Made by a program: the position numbers and the translations under genes
In this document: one piece after another, positions 8,401-16,698 of the stretch
How positions within the stretch are numbered: position 1 is the first letter of the stretch
Layout: the number at the start of each line of letters is the position of its first letter
The notes under the pieces: model-generated
Database searches by the model: none
What the model was told of the DNA's origin: nothing
What the model saw: only the letters and a program-made list of their open reading frames with translations
DNA from: Planctomycetota bacterium
GTDB lineage: Bacteria > Planctomycetota > UBA11346
NCBI GenBank assembly: GCA_043775355.1
Contig: JAYVSL010000172.1
Coordinates: forward strand, 1-61,198
DNA length: 61,198 nt
Direction: 5' to 3'

Positions 8401-9137
8401 ACGCCTTCACCTATGTGGTTGGCCCGATGGCGATTCGCAGCGAGGGCGGCAAGCGTACGCAATACGTGTTGTTGCGCGCCGAAGGTCGCGGTGAAGTTGA
8501 AGTCATCGAAGCTGCCGATGCCGCACTGCGGCGTGCGATTGCAGAAAAGCGCATTTCTTTACCGCCTGGTGTGACCTATCGCTGGGTTGGTCGTTACGAA
8601 CAACAGGTGAAAGCCGCCACCACCATGCGTTGGGTGTTGGTGGCTTCCGTTGCGATGATGTTGGTTCTTATCGTTATCGGCACGCGTTCGTGGTTGGTCA
8701 CCAGCATTATCGTTGGTGCGAATCTTTCGGTGACGACTGCCGGTGGTTTCATTGCGGTATGGTTGGCCGGCGTCGAATTGACCACCGCAGTCGCTGTGGG
8801 ATTTCTGGTGTTGATGGGCGTGATGTTCAACGACGGCATTCTGCTCGGGACTTATTTGCATGATCAGTTTCGCACGCCGCCGCGCGATGTGGACGATCTG
8901 CATCGGCGCGTATTTCTTGCCGGTGTGCGTCGCCGTCGGCCAGCGTTAATGACCAATTGTACGACCTTATTAGCGCTGATTCCGGTGTTATGGAGCGACG
9001 GTCGCGGCGCGGAGGTCATGCGTCCGATGGTGCTCCCCGTGATTGGCGGAATGCTGGCCGATTTCATTTCGCTCTTTTCTGTGCCGGTATTCTTCGCATG
9101 GTTCTGGGAATGGCGCCTGCGACGAAACCTCAAATGA
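5454..9137 (+). CDS. cusA: CusA/CzcA-family heavy-metal RND efflux pump, enlarged (1227 aa)
   Basis: The N-terminus is collinear with CusA (VDAIPDLSDNQVIV..., SYVYVIFDE, LGPDASAMGQVF), and an FLPPLDEGSLLFMPS block is present. It is about 180 aa longer than typical family members because of insertions (see findings). Confidence 0.9.
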   Translation: MIAWCIRNPLIVLVMTLGIAVAGMWSWQRVPVDAIPDLSDNQVIVWAEWPGKSPEDIDVQITGRLARELQGLPGVQTVRGLSLSGSSYVYVIFDERRNLYDCRTRVLERLGQIQSVLPVGVSPRLGPDASAMGQVFAFTLQGKRDVESKRHVLDQLVVPALRGVTGVAEVAPAGGVVREYQIDVDPTRLEEQGITLDMLMMAVSRAGRDVGAMSVEQSGIETMIRGVGFIRSSAEIEDLVIRANKAQRAGLRLKDVATVTLGGAVRQGLLADAEQEQAGAIVAMRVHEDPSQVIRAVKQRLLELRPALQQESLTAIPFYDRSQLISETSRTLSHTLIEELIVTSLVVLFFLLHARASLAVAMVLPLGVLATFLAMYTVGLGANLMSLAGIAIAIGVMVDFAIVMTENITQHLCALRRHPDFKSVAIHSPFDPAVINAVTAGAKEVARPLLTAAATTIVGFLPLFVLDDQAGRLFVPLAITKTLAIAAAVLFGMLLVPVVCRFLLPPWEVRRSVLIALVVVLAGAAGVWIGATGLNIPRDHERWFIHIPGWLAGPLVAVLAGALVWRLGRERLIDPEDNAVARGIHWAYDWALTRLLRHKLTFTGVIVMLAFGGWLLGLGWHTVSWPLAKSFSLVGGDLRTTSLDATLTRIFPGLGSSFLPPLDEGSLLFMPSLPAGAGLGETERVMQIQNRLIAELPEVSGVMGKMGRAESALDPAPIGMIETIVLLKPYREWPVQDILRPDGTSERRPRTLDEVRRLLSAVTDIPGVAPSWLQPIETRVVMLSTGIRSPLALQFLGDDHAVLERLAEQAEAVVRGVAGATDVQMQREGGKPYAELRLDHERMARFGLTTEQVMQALEVALGGMPLAWSVEGTQRYGVRIRYSRERRDDHDEIDQVQVPRGNGLHGAIPLAMLAASPVEYRIRLNGIESPEWLRAQSLATQRNLTVIGKDTVLLTLPADEKPLTTIAQTTGTWAVESTRPADHAFTYVVGPMAIRSEGGKRTQYVLLRAEGRGEVEVIEAADAALRRAIAEKRISLPPGVTYRWVGRYEQQVKAATTMRWVLVASVAMMLVLIVIGTRSWLVTSIIVGANLSVTTAGGFIAVWLAGVELTTAVAVGFLVLMGVMFNDGILLGTYLHDQFRTPPRDVDDLHRRVFLAGVRRRRPALMTNCTTLLALIPVLWSDGRGAEVMRPMVLPVIGGMLADFISLFSVPVFFAWFWEWRLRRNLK

Positions 9138-9180
9138 CTTCGGTGATGGTCATTCGCGCCATCATTTCTCACGGACAAAT

Positions 9181-11382
9181 ATGAGCGCCACGCCAACGAC
9201 TGACGACCTGCGCGCGTACCTGCGTGGTCAGCTGACCAGCGAGCGTTTCATTGAAATCGAGCGTTGGCTTGATGCTCAGTTACCGGAGACAGTTGAACGT
9301 CTGCTCGAAGAATCTCGTGATGAAGAAGCTGGCGCATTGGCGAACGTGAAGCCAACATCGACTTCTGGATTTGTCGCTGACGGTGGTGCGGGTCGTTTGC
9401 GACCGGACGGACAAATCGGCGTTGGCGGCATGGCGGTGGTCGCGGCCGCACGTGATCGCGCGCTGGATCGCGTGGTGGCGCTCAAGTCGCTGAAAGCACG
9501 ACGGGCGGATGAAAGTCTTGAACACTATCATTTGCGTGAAGCGGCCTTTCGGCGCGAAGCCGCATTGACGGCAGCGCTCGAACATCCAGCGATTGTGCCG
9601 ATTTATGATGTCGGACGCGCTGACGGTAAACCTGCTTTCACCATGAAACGTCTTGAAGGCGAAACGTTGCAGGCGGTGGTGTCAAAGAATGGCCGTTCAC
9701 GCGTTGCTTTGGTTGAGGCACTTTTGCGCGTCGCTGAGGCCGTCGCTTTTGCACATAGTCGCGGCGTGGTGCATCGCGATTTAACTCCGGGTAATATTCT
9801 GCTGGGGGAGTTCGGCGCGGTGTACGTATTAGACTGGGGCGTTGCAGCGCAACGTGGTGAAGGCGGCGGCGTTGCCGTCGGTACGCCGGATTGGATGGCA
9901 CCCGAACAAGTATCCGGAGCACCAGCAGATCCACGCATGGATGTGTTTGCGTTAGGTGGATTGTTGATGTTCATCCTAACCGGGCGTGGTCCACGAAAAG
10001 ATCACGCCGTTGATCTTGCACCGTTACAGCGGCGAGATTTACCACGCGGTTTGGCAGCACTGGCGCAACGCTGTTTGGCGATGGAACCAACCGCACGTGA
10101 CGCTGATGCAGGTGCGGTGGCGGCTGATTTACGTCGTTGGCTTGATGAAGGATTGACCTTAGCGGAGCAGGCCGGACCGCTGGCGTGGGCGTGGATGCGG
10201 CTACGTCGTTCAGCGCCAGTGCGCAATATATTGGCCGCTTCGGTAGTGATCATGGTGTCCATCAGTGTGGCGATGTGGGCGAATCAACGCACCGAATTAG
10301 CGGCGTCGCGCCAGCGTTTGGTTGATCTCGCCGCGACCGTACCGCTTGATGAACCCGAGGCCGTCACCGTTGGTTTAGCCGAAGTACGTACGATTATTTC
10401 GCGCCATCCACAATTGCGCGAAGCGACGGCATTGACGGCGCGTTGGCAGGCGGTGTTAGATTTGGCGAATCAGCGCGCTGCCATAGTGGCGCAACGAACG
10501 CGCCTCGAAACGCTGCTCGCCCGCACTCGTCGCAGTGGGCCGTGGGCCGAAGAAATTACCGATTGGTCGAAGGCTCTGCATGAAGCCGAATTGCGCCTGA
10601 CCGACACCGACCAGGCGCATGACCTCACGTTGCTGGCTACGCATCCATTACGTATTTTGTTGGTCGAAAGTCTCACGCATTTGTGGCACGCCGCCGCCGC
10701 GATGAATGAGTTAGACGTAGCGCGCCGAGCATCGTCATTGGTCGCCGTGGGCGGTCCATCCGCTGGCTGGCGCGCATTGGGTGGGTTATTGCAGCGCACG
10801 GCATTTCAAGCGCATCAACCCGTATTTTGTATGTGCGCTGAATCGAACGGCGCGTTGGCTGATCCCGCAAGTGCAGCGGTGATACTGTCACTGTATGGCC
10901 CGGATGAACGTTTAGTGGCTTTCGCCCGACAGGAAATTGCGCGTGATCCCGGAGCTTTTTGGCCATTGATTGCCAGCGCCCGTGCGGCCTTGACGACGAG
11001 TGACTTAGCAACCGCTGAGCACCAAGCGTTGATCGCGAGTGGTAGCGAGCCGTTCAGTTTATTTCCCCAACTCATTCTCGCCTACGTCGCATTAGCTCGC
11101 ACTGACAACGCGGCCTTGCTGCTGGCTGCTGAGCGTGGGCTGATCGCCAATCCTGCGCACACTGAGCTCCAAGTGCTCAAGGCCGTTGCGCTCGCCCGCA
11201 CGGGGAAACTTATCGAAGCGCAAGCCATCGTCAGCGCGATCGATGCGGGTCATCTGCAATATCATCTGCAGCACCGCGTTGGTCACCCGATGGAACGCGG
11301 CGTTGACGCTTTAGTCGCAGCGGGCGTGGTGATTCCCAAAGCCGACCCTCGCTTGGGACCATTAGTTCCGCATCATCATTAA
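9181..11382 (+). CDS. Ser/Thr-kinase-like protein with C-terminal helical (TPR-like) domain; atypical catalytic motifs
   Basis: The ATG at 9181 is in frame within the 9043 ORF. Kinase subdomains are present: IGVGGMAVV, VALKSL, HRDLTPGNILL, DWG, GTPDWMAPE. A TM helix (ILAASVVIMVSISVAMW) is followed by a long Ala/Leu-rich helical region. Confidence 0.8.
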   Translation: MSATPTTDDLRAYLRGQLTSERFIEIERWLDAQLPETVERLLEESRDEEAGALANVKPTSTSGFVADGGAGRLRPDGQIGVGGMAVVAAARDRALDRVVALKSLKARRADESLEHYHLREAAFRREAALTAALEHPAIVPIYDVGRADGKPAFTMKRLEGETLQAVVSKNGRSRVALVEALLRVAEAVAFAHSRGVVHRDLTPGNILLGEFGAVYVLDWGVAAQRGEGGGVAVGTPDWMAPEQVSGAPADPRMDVFALGGLLMFILTGRGPRKDHAVDLAPLQRRDLPRGLAALAQRCLAMEPTARDADAGAVAADLRRWLDEGLTLAEQAGPLAWAWMRLRRSAPVRNILAASVVIMVSISVAMWANQRTELAASRQRLVDLAATVPLDEPEAVTVGLAEVRTIISRHPQLREATALTARWQAVLDLANQRAAIVAQRTRLETLLARTRRSGPWAEEITDWSKALHEAELRLTDTDQAHDLTLLATHPLRILLVESLTHLWHAAAAMNELDVARRASSLVAVGGPSAGWRALGGLLQRTAFQAHQPVFCMCAESNGALADPASAAVILSLYGPDERLVAFARQEIARDPGAFWPLIASARAALTTSDLATAEHQALIASGSEPFSLFPQLILAYVALARTDNAALLLAAERGLIANPAHTELQVLKAVALARTGKLIEAQAIVSAIDAGHLQYHLQHRVGHPMERGVDALVAAGVVIPKADPRLGPLVPHHH

Positions 11383-11545
11383 CCGAACATCATAAGATTT
11401 TTTACGCTCCACCAGACATAAGTGTCAGCGTGCAGAAGCACATAAGCGCGTTCAAGATTACCGGCTTTGTCCCGTGCGATAATTAAGTCGCGATCATTTT
11501 CTATGACGCCACGGGCCTCTTGGAAAGTATTGGCCATGTTCCGAG

Positions 11546-11929
11546 TTGTGGCTTCCGGAAATTCTGGCCGCTGAAATTCCGGAAATTCTGGCCGGTGCCC
11601 GCCCTGCGGGTCCTTTGGGATCCTGCCTGGTAATCACACCACATAATTACCAGCGCCTCCATGGCGAGGAGAATCCCATCCTGACAGGTGACATCTCCGG
11701 GCTCATCGCCACCGATCAAATCACTGTGAACTACTCAACCACGGCAGATAAAACTTCGGCTGTCGGCGCATATCCAATTAGTATCGCCATCGAAGATCTC
11801 CTGGCGCGCTTGAACAACTATGCGGTGAGCGTCAATGCAGGAGTCATGGAAGTGGTCCAGCAAGGAGGAACCTCTTCGGGCGGAAAACGGTTAGGCACAA
11901 GCCGAGAGGGCGGGTTCGCACCGTGGTAG
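11546..11929 (+). pseudogene. orphan MBG-domain (adhesin-type) fragment
   Basis: The residues ITPHNYQRLHGEENPILTGDISGLIATDQITVNYSTTADKTSAVGAYPISI...NNYAVSVNAGVMEV fit the MBG repeat pattern (YG..NP.LT...G...D......s.vG.Y.I....NY.....G.l.v). There is no signal peptide and no other adhesin modules. The 5' part overlaps an 18-bp direct repeat. Confidence 0.45.
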
Positions 11930-11962
11930 CTCTCGCTCGAATTTTATAAGTGCTCTAACACG

Positions 11963-11990
11963 TGAGCCCACCAAGGTTTTGGTGGGCTCA
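11963..11990. terminator. hairpin terminator between the MBG fragment and tRNA-Ser, possibly bidirectional
   Basis: Stem TGAGCCCACC (11963-11972) / GGTGGGCTCA (11981-11990) with an 8-nt loop. It is followed by ATTCGTTTCT on the plus strand and lies immediately 3' of the minus-strand tRNA. Confidence 0.6.
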
Positions 11991-11998
11991 TTCGTTTC

Positions 11999-12090
11999 TG
12001 GCGGAGACTGGCGGATTCGAACCGCCGGTACGCGATTAAGCGTACGGGACATTAGCAATGTCCTGGATTAAACCACTCTCCCAAGTCTCC
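11999..12090 (-). tRNA. tRNA-Ser (anticodon GCU), CCA encoded
   Basis: The reverse complement folds as a cloverleaf. The acceptor stem is GGAGACT/AGTCTCC. The anticodon stem is GGACA/TGTCC with loop TTGCTAA. The long variable arm is GTACGC-TTAATC-GCGTAC. The T arm is GGCGG-TTCGAAT-CCGCC, followed by discriminator G plus CCA. Confidence 0.9.
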
Positions 12091-12224
12091 ATGTGGCTGC
12101 GTTCGCAGGGGTGCGGAGGTTAGAATGACAGGGAGGATGGTCAAGGCGTAGGACGATTGGTTTCACTTGGGGCTGTCCCTTTGCTCTGCCGTGAGAAAAT
12201 GTCGCAGATTCGCGCTGCGATGCG

Positions 12225-12836
12225 TTATTTTTCGTACCGATTGCCGCCGAGCACCACCAGAGCGACGGGCTGATCGTGGGTTTCGGTTGGGAGGTGTTCG
12301 GCTTGTTGGCAGCGGAATCCGATACCAATGGTGTGGCCTTGGTGCGTGCTCAGGACGCGGTCGTAGAACCCTTTGCCTTGGCCAAGTCGTTGTCCGTCGC
12401 GGGTGAAGGCCAGCCCAGGGACCAACACGGTGGTGTTATGAGGGAGCGTTTGCGCGGGGATTCGCACGGGGTCTGGTTCACGGATGCCGAAGCTGCCTGG
12501 AGTGGTGCCGTGAACGACGCTGTTTTCATCGATGAACACATGCCAGGTCAGCGTGCCTGGCCCGCTGACTCGCGGTAACCACAGCGGGCGCTTGAGCGAC
12601 CACCAAAAACGGTGGAGTTCGGCTAAGTCGAGTTCATCTGGCAGCGCTAAATAACTTGCCAGTGGGCGATCCACGTGCGCCTGTAGGTACGACGATAAAA
12701 CGGCGACGGTGGCGACCGTTTCCGTTGTGCGCAGCGATGGGTCGAGCGCTCGACGGGTGGCGCGAAAACGGCTGCGCAGCGCGACTTTTTTCGCTTTTTT
12801 TTCGCTCGGCTGGTTTTCGTTTCGCTCGTCGTTCAC
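12225..12836 (-). CDS. 5-formyltetrahydrofolate cyclo-ligase
   Basis: 203 aa. The C-terminal block FGIREPD...VLVPGLAFTRDGQRLGQGKGFYDRVL matches the MTHFS family signature. Confidence 0.8.
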   Translation of the reverse strand: MNDERNENQPSEKKAKKVALRSRFRATRRALDPSLRTTETVATVAVLSSYLQAHVDRPLASYLALPDELDLAELHRFWWSLKRPLWLPRVSGPGTLTWHVFIDENSVVHGTTPGSFGIREPDPVRIPAQTLPHNTTVLVPGLAFTRDGQRLGQGKGFYDRVLSTHQGHTIGIGFRCQQAEHLPTETHDQPVALVVLGGNRYEK

Positions 12837-13456
12837 CAGCGCAAGACCTGCGCGCCGCCGACCGGTACATCGAGCGAGTGACGAGTCCCAGGTTCAGGGC
12901 CGTGCAAGAATCCGCCCAGTGGCACTTCAGCGTGCGAAATCAGCACGGCCTGTTTGCGCCAAAGAAATAAATGTAAACCCGTGGCGGCTTGTAGGCGGCA
13001 ACCGAGGCGACGGGCTACCAATAAACGCACGGGCTTGAGCGCTAGACTGGTGAGCTGAGCCAATACTTGCGGCGCCGGTAACACTAAGCGATCGCCGTGA
13101 AATTCCGGCATGGTGACGGTTTCTTCAGCGATATCGACGCCCCAGTGCAAGGGGCCGTCGACGCTCATCGGCACGCCACACCATGCTAATAAATCGTACC
13201 AGCGGTCGGGTACTCCAGCCGCAGTCAAACCCAGCGTCGGTCCTTGCGCAGAGCTGGTCATTTCGCTGGCCCAACTATCGAGCTCCTGCGCTACGCTGCG
13301 CGGAACCACCACAGGTCGACCATGCAAATGCGCGTCCAATACTCGCGCACGCAAAGTGCCGTAATCAGCGCTGTCTGGCTTGGGAGCAGGACGATCAAGT
13401 TGACGGACAGCGGGATGCATGCGTGGTGCAGTGTGTGGGGCAAAGGCACGTCTCAC
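12833..13456 (-). CDS. hypothetical protein
   Basis: 207-aa ORF whose stop overlaps the downstream cyclo-ligase start by 4 nt, which argues for coding. No motif recognised. Confidence 0.45.
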   Translation of the reverse strand: MRRAFAPHTAPRMHPAVRQLDRPAPKPDSADYGTLRARVLDAHLHGRPVVVPRSVAQELDSWASEMTSSAQGPTLGLTAAGVPDRWYDLLAWCGVPMSVDGPLHWGVDIAEETVTMPEFHGDRLVLPAPQVLAQLTSLALKPVRLLVARRLGCRLQAATGLHLFLWRKQAVLISHAEVPLGGFLHGPEPGTRHSLDVPVGGAQVLRW

Positions 13457-13536
13457 AAGCGCCGTGACCGCTCGGGGCGCTCAGAAAAGTCACAGCACTT
13501 CGCCCCTGAGCATTGGTTGATAGTGTCCCACCCCAC

Positions 13537-15678
13537 ATGTTTGGTCTGTTGCCACTTTTGTTCGCCTTAGCCATCGCCGAAACCTCGACGCATGCGCAAA
13601 TGCCATTCGCTCCGCTCGCCACGTGGACCGCATTGTTGAGCGCTGTCGGTGGCAGTTTATTGGTGTGGTTGGTGCTGGGCGAAACGGCGGCGCGCGTCAT
13701 TGCTACGGGTGGACGACGGCGGTGGCTGTCGCGCTGGGATTTATTGGTGCAGAGCCTGATTTTAGGCTGGTATGCGTGGGTTTGTTATGGGTGGGGTTGG
13801 TCAGCTCATGCTGGTTTTTTCACTATCGCGTTGGCGCCATGGTTGCTGATGCAGGCGGTCCATTGGTGGACCTTGGCAGTGGCAGTGCGACGGGTCAGCG
13901 GCCATCACTGGTCGCGCTTCGGGCTGGTCTTGCAGCAATTCCGTTTCGGCATTTTGCCGATGTTAATCATTCTGCCGTTTTTTGACGTCGGAGCTTGGTT
14001 TGCTCAACATTATGGTTTGGAAGCGGCGTGGTTTTCTGGCGCGCAAGGCGCTCTGCTGGCGGCATATTGCGCGCAAGGCTTCATGGTTTTGGTTTTACTC
14101 GTGCTGCCGTTGGCGCTGCTGCCGTTGTGGGGCGCACGACGCATGCCGAGTGGAGAAATGCAAAAATTAATGTCGGACGCCTGCGAACGATTAGGTGTGC
14201 GCGTTGCTGGGCTTATGCGTTGGCCGATGGCTGGCGGACGAGTCTACAATGCAGCGGTCATCGGCATGTTGCCGCGTTTGCGTTACGTCTTGTTCACCGA
14301 CGATTTGATGCGCGATCTGCCGGTGCCGCAGGTGATGGCGGTGTTGGGCCATGAACTTGGCCATGCCCGTCATGGTCATTTGTGGACCTACATGTTGTTC
14401 GCCAACGCCGGATTGCTGGTGTCATTTCTGCTGCGCGAAGACTTCACGGTGGTCTTACTACCACTGATGAAGGCCATACTGCCGACTTTCGGCTTATCGC
14501 TCGTCGACTCACAATTGCGAGATTTCGCGGAAATCGCGGCGCTTTTGCTGATGATGGCGCTGATATGGCGGGTTGCCTTTGGCGTGTTGAGCCGCGCCTG
14601 CGAGCGCCAAGCTGACCTCGTCGGGGCTGAACTTGCCGGCGACCCACAGGTGATGTGCGATGCCCTCAAATCGGTTGCGCATCTTTCCGGTCACGGTGAG
14701 GATGAGCCCAGCTGGCGACACTACACCATCGCTCAGCGCGTCGCTTTCTTGCAAGCCGTCCGCCGCAATCCCTCACTCGCCATCTGGCACCATAAGTATG
14801 TCCGCATGATGCGTCATAGCCTTATCCTTATCATCCTCACCCTGCTGCTCGCGGTGTCGTACATCTTTGAGCCAGGAGTTGATTCCATTCGCGATCCCCA
14901 GCAGGCGATCAATTCCTGGATCCAACGTGATCGCGACTTGGGCATTGCCCTGCAAGCAACGGATAGCGGTCAGCACGTGCCGCTGGCGACGTGGCTTAAC
15001 CGCTTAGATGAAATTCCTCGTCGACAGTTCGCCAAACTGACCATTCGTCAGATCGCCATCGATATTGGTGTCGATAAAGATGGCGATCAGCGTTTTGATG
15101 ATCGGCCAATCTACCGTTGGCGTCATCGTTTGATGGCCTTCCAAGAAGTCACCACCGGTGACCATGAGCTTGACCATGAGATCGACAATGATCTCGCTTA
15201 TGGTTTGGTCGCTGGCACAGAAAATCCCACCACGATGGATTTGACCATCGCACGGTCAGTCTTGCCGCGATTAATGAAAAAAGCTGCCGACATGAAATCT
15301 GATCACGCCGTGCAAGACACCATCGGCTGCGTCCACTTTGCGCTTGGTGAATACGCCAAAGCTGTCACCGCATTTGAATTGGTCATGACGCGCTTCACTG
15401 CGGATACCACAATGACCAATGCCAACTGGCTGACCTCTGATGTTGACCGTCGCAAGATGGGAAAACTACATGCGCATATGCAATCGCTTTATAGTCGACG
15501 CCTCAATGCTGCGCGCATCAATGCTGCGACAGTTGCCGCGACAGTTGCCGCTGGCGCGCGCCCCGATAGCCCTGACATGCTACCATTACCGCGTGATCTT
15601 GGCCAAGTATTGCCGCCATCCGATGCGCCTATCGCACCCGTAGAAAGCACTTCTGGTGCGACAGGAATCAAACCGTGA
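13537..15678 (+). CDS. M48-family (HtpX/Ste24-like) membrane zinc metallopeptidase with C-terminal helical domain
   Basis: HELGHARHGH (HExxH) follows several TM helices. The ATG at 13537 gives MFGLLPLLFALAIAE; the ORF track starts at an upstream TTG (13513). The C-terminal approximately 250 aa are soluble and TPR-like. Confidence 0.75.
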   Translation: MFGLLPLLFALAIAETSTHAQMPFAPLATWTALLSAVGGSLLVWLVLGETAARVIATGGRRRWLSRWDLLVQSLILGWYAWVCYGWGWSAHAGFFTIALAPWLLMQAVHWWTLAVAVRRVSGHHWSRFGLVLQQFRFGILPMLIILPFFDVGAWFAQHYGLEAAWFSGAQGALLAAYCAQGFMVLVLLVLPLALLPLWGARRMPSGEMQKLMSDACERLGVRVAGLMRWPMAGGRVYNAAVIGMLPRLRYVLFTDDLMRDLPVPQVMAVLGHELGHARHGHLWTYMLFANAGLLVSFLLREDFTVVLLPLMKAILPTFGLSLVDSQLRDFAEIAALLLMMALIWRVAFGVLSRACERQADLVGAELAGDPQVMCDALKSVAHLSGHGEDEPSWRHYTIAQRVAFLQAVRRNPSLAIWHHKYVRMMRHSLILIILTLLLAVSYIFEPGVDSIRDPQQAINSWIQRDRDLGIALQATDSGQHVPLATWLNRLDEIPRRQFAKLTIRQIAIDIGVDKDGDQRFDDRPIYRWRHRLMAFQEVTTGDHELDHEIDNDLAYGLVAGTENPTTMDLTIARSVLPRLMKKAADMKSDHAVQDTIGCVHFALGEYAKAVTAFELVMTRFTADTTMTNANWLTSDVDRRKMGKLHAHMQSLYSRRLNAARINAATVAATVAAGARPDSPDMLPLPRDLGQVLPPSDAPIAPVESTSGATGIKP

Positions 15679-16610
15679 CCGGTCATCCGGCGGACCAACC
15701 ACCAAGTCCAGCAGAACGACTGGTGTCGGCATATAGTCGCGGCCCAGGAATTAATGACGCAGAACAGTGCCCGCTGCCGAGTCGTGAAAATGTCACCAAG
15801 GTCTGCGACCTGGCGTTAACGCTGTTTTTTCCAGGCTTTTTCTCGTCTGGTGCCGTAACGCAACGTGATCTGCCAGAATTCACCAAGTCACGCTTGGCCG
15901 CGCTGGGCACCGCTCTGCGAAAATATCTGCATGGTACGATGGCCTACACCGCGACGCGCGAAGGTCGTTCCTGCGCCGGAATTGAAATTGCCGTGCGTGA
16001 TCATGTGCATCACGTCATCGCGGAATTAACCGAAGTCCGTGAATTGGTGTTGACCGATGTGGAAGCGGCTTTCGTCAGCGATCCGGCTGCTGCCGATCGG
16101 GCGACGGTGATCCTCAGCTATCCGTGCATTGAAGCGCTCGCCGTGCAACGTTTTGCTCATCGCCTGTACCGTCGCGGCATTCCGATTTTTCCGCGCATGT
16201 TAACTGAAGTTGCCCACAGCCGTACCGGCATTGATATTCATCCGGGCGCGACGTTCGATGAATCGTTCTTCATTGATCATGGCACTGGCGTGGTCATTGG
16301 CGAAACCAGCCGCATCGGCAAACATTGCGTGTTGTACCAAGGCGTCGGCTTAGTCGCATGGAATCCTTTGGCGAAAGACGAGCACGGTGAACTCCAGCGC
16401 GGCGCGACGAACAAACGCCATCCTGACCTGGAAGATAACGTCACCATTTACGCCGGAGCCACCGTGCTGGGCGGTGATACCGTCATCGGTCATCACAGCG
16501 TCATCGGCGGCAATGTCTGGCTGACGCATTCGGTCGAACCGTACAGCGTGGTGACCAACAAAGACCCGGAGTTGAACATTCGCAAACGCAAAGGGGCTAA
16601 AACCGACTAG
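15675..16610 (+). CDS. cysE: serine O-acetyltransferase (long form)
   Basis: Hexapeptide-repeat core GIDIHPGATFDESFFIDHGTGVVIGETSRIGKHCVLYQGV...TIYAGATVLGGDTVIGHHSVIGGNVWL. The GTG start overlaps the upstream stop (GTGA). Confidence 0.85.
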   Translation: MTGHPADQPPSPAERLVSAYSRGPGINDAEQCPLPSRENVTKVCDLALTLFFPGFFSSGAVTQRDLPEFTKSRLAALGTALRKYLHGTMAYTATREGRSCAGIEIAVRDHVHHVIAELTEVRELVLTDVEAAFVSDPAAADRATVILSYPCIEALAVQRFAHRLYRRGIPIFPRMLTEVAHSRTGIDIHPGATFDESFFIDHGTGVVIGETSRIGKHCVLYQGVGLVAWNPLAKDEHGELQRGATNKRHPDLEDNVTIYAGATVLGGDTVIGHHSVIGGNVWLTHSVEPYSVVTNKDPELNIRKRKGAKTD

Positions 16611-16698
16611 CCGCCCAGCGTCTGTCCCGGTTGCGCCTGCCTGGGGCTTTCCCCACGAAACGCCCTTACATGATGCGCCCTCCACCTGGGAAACCATC

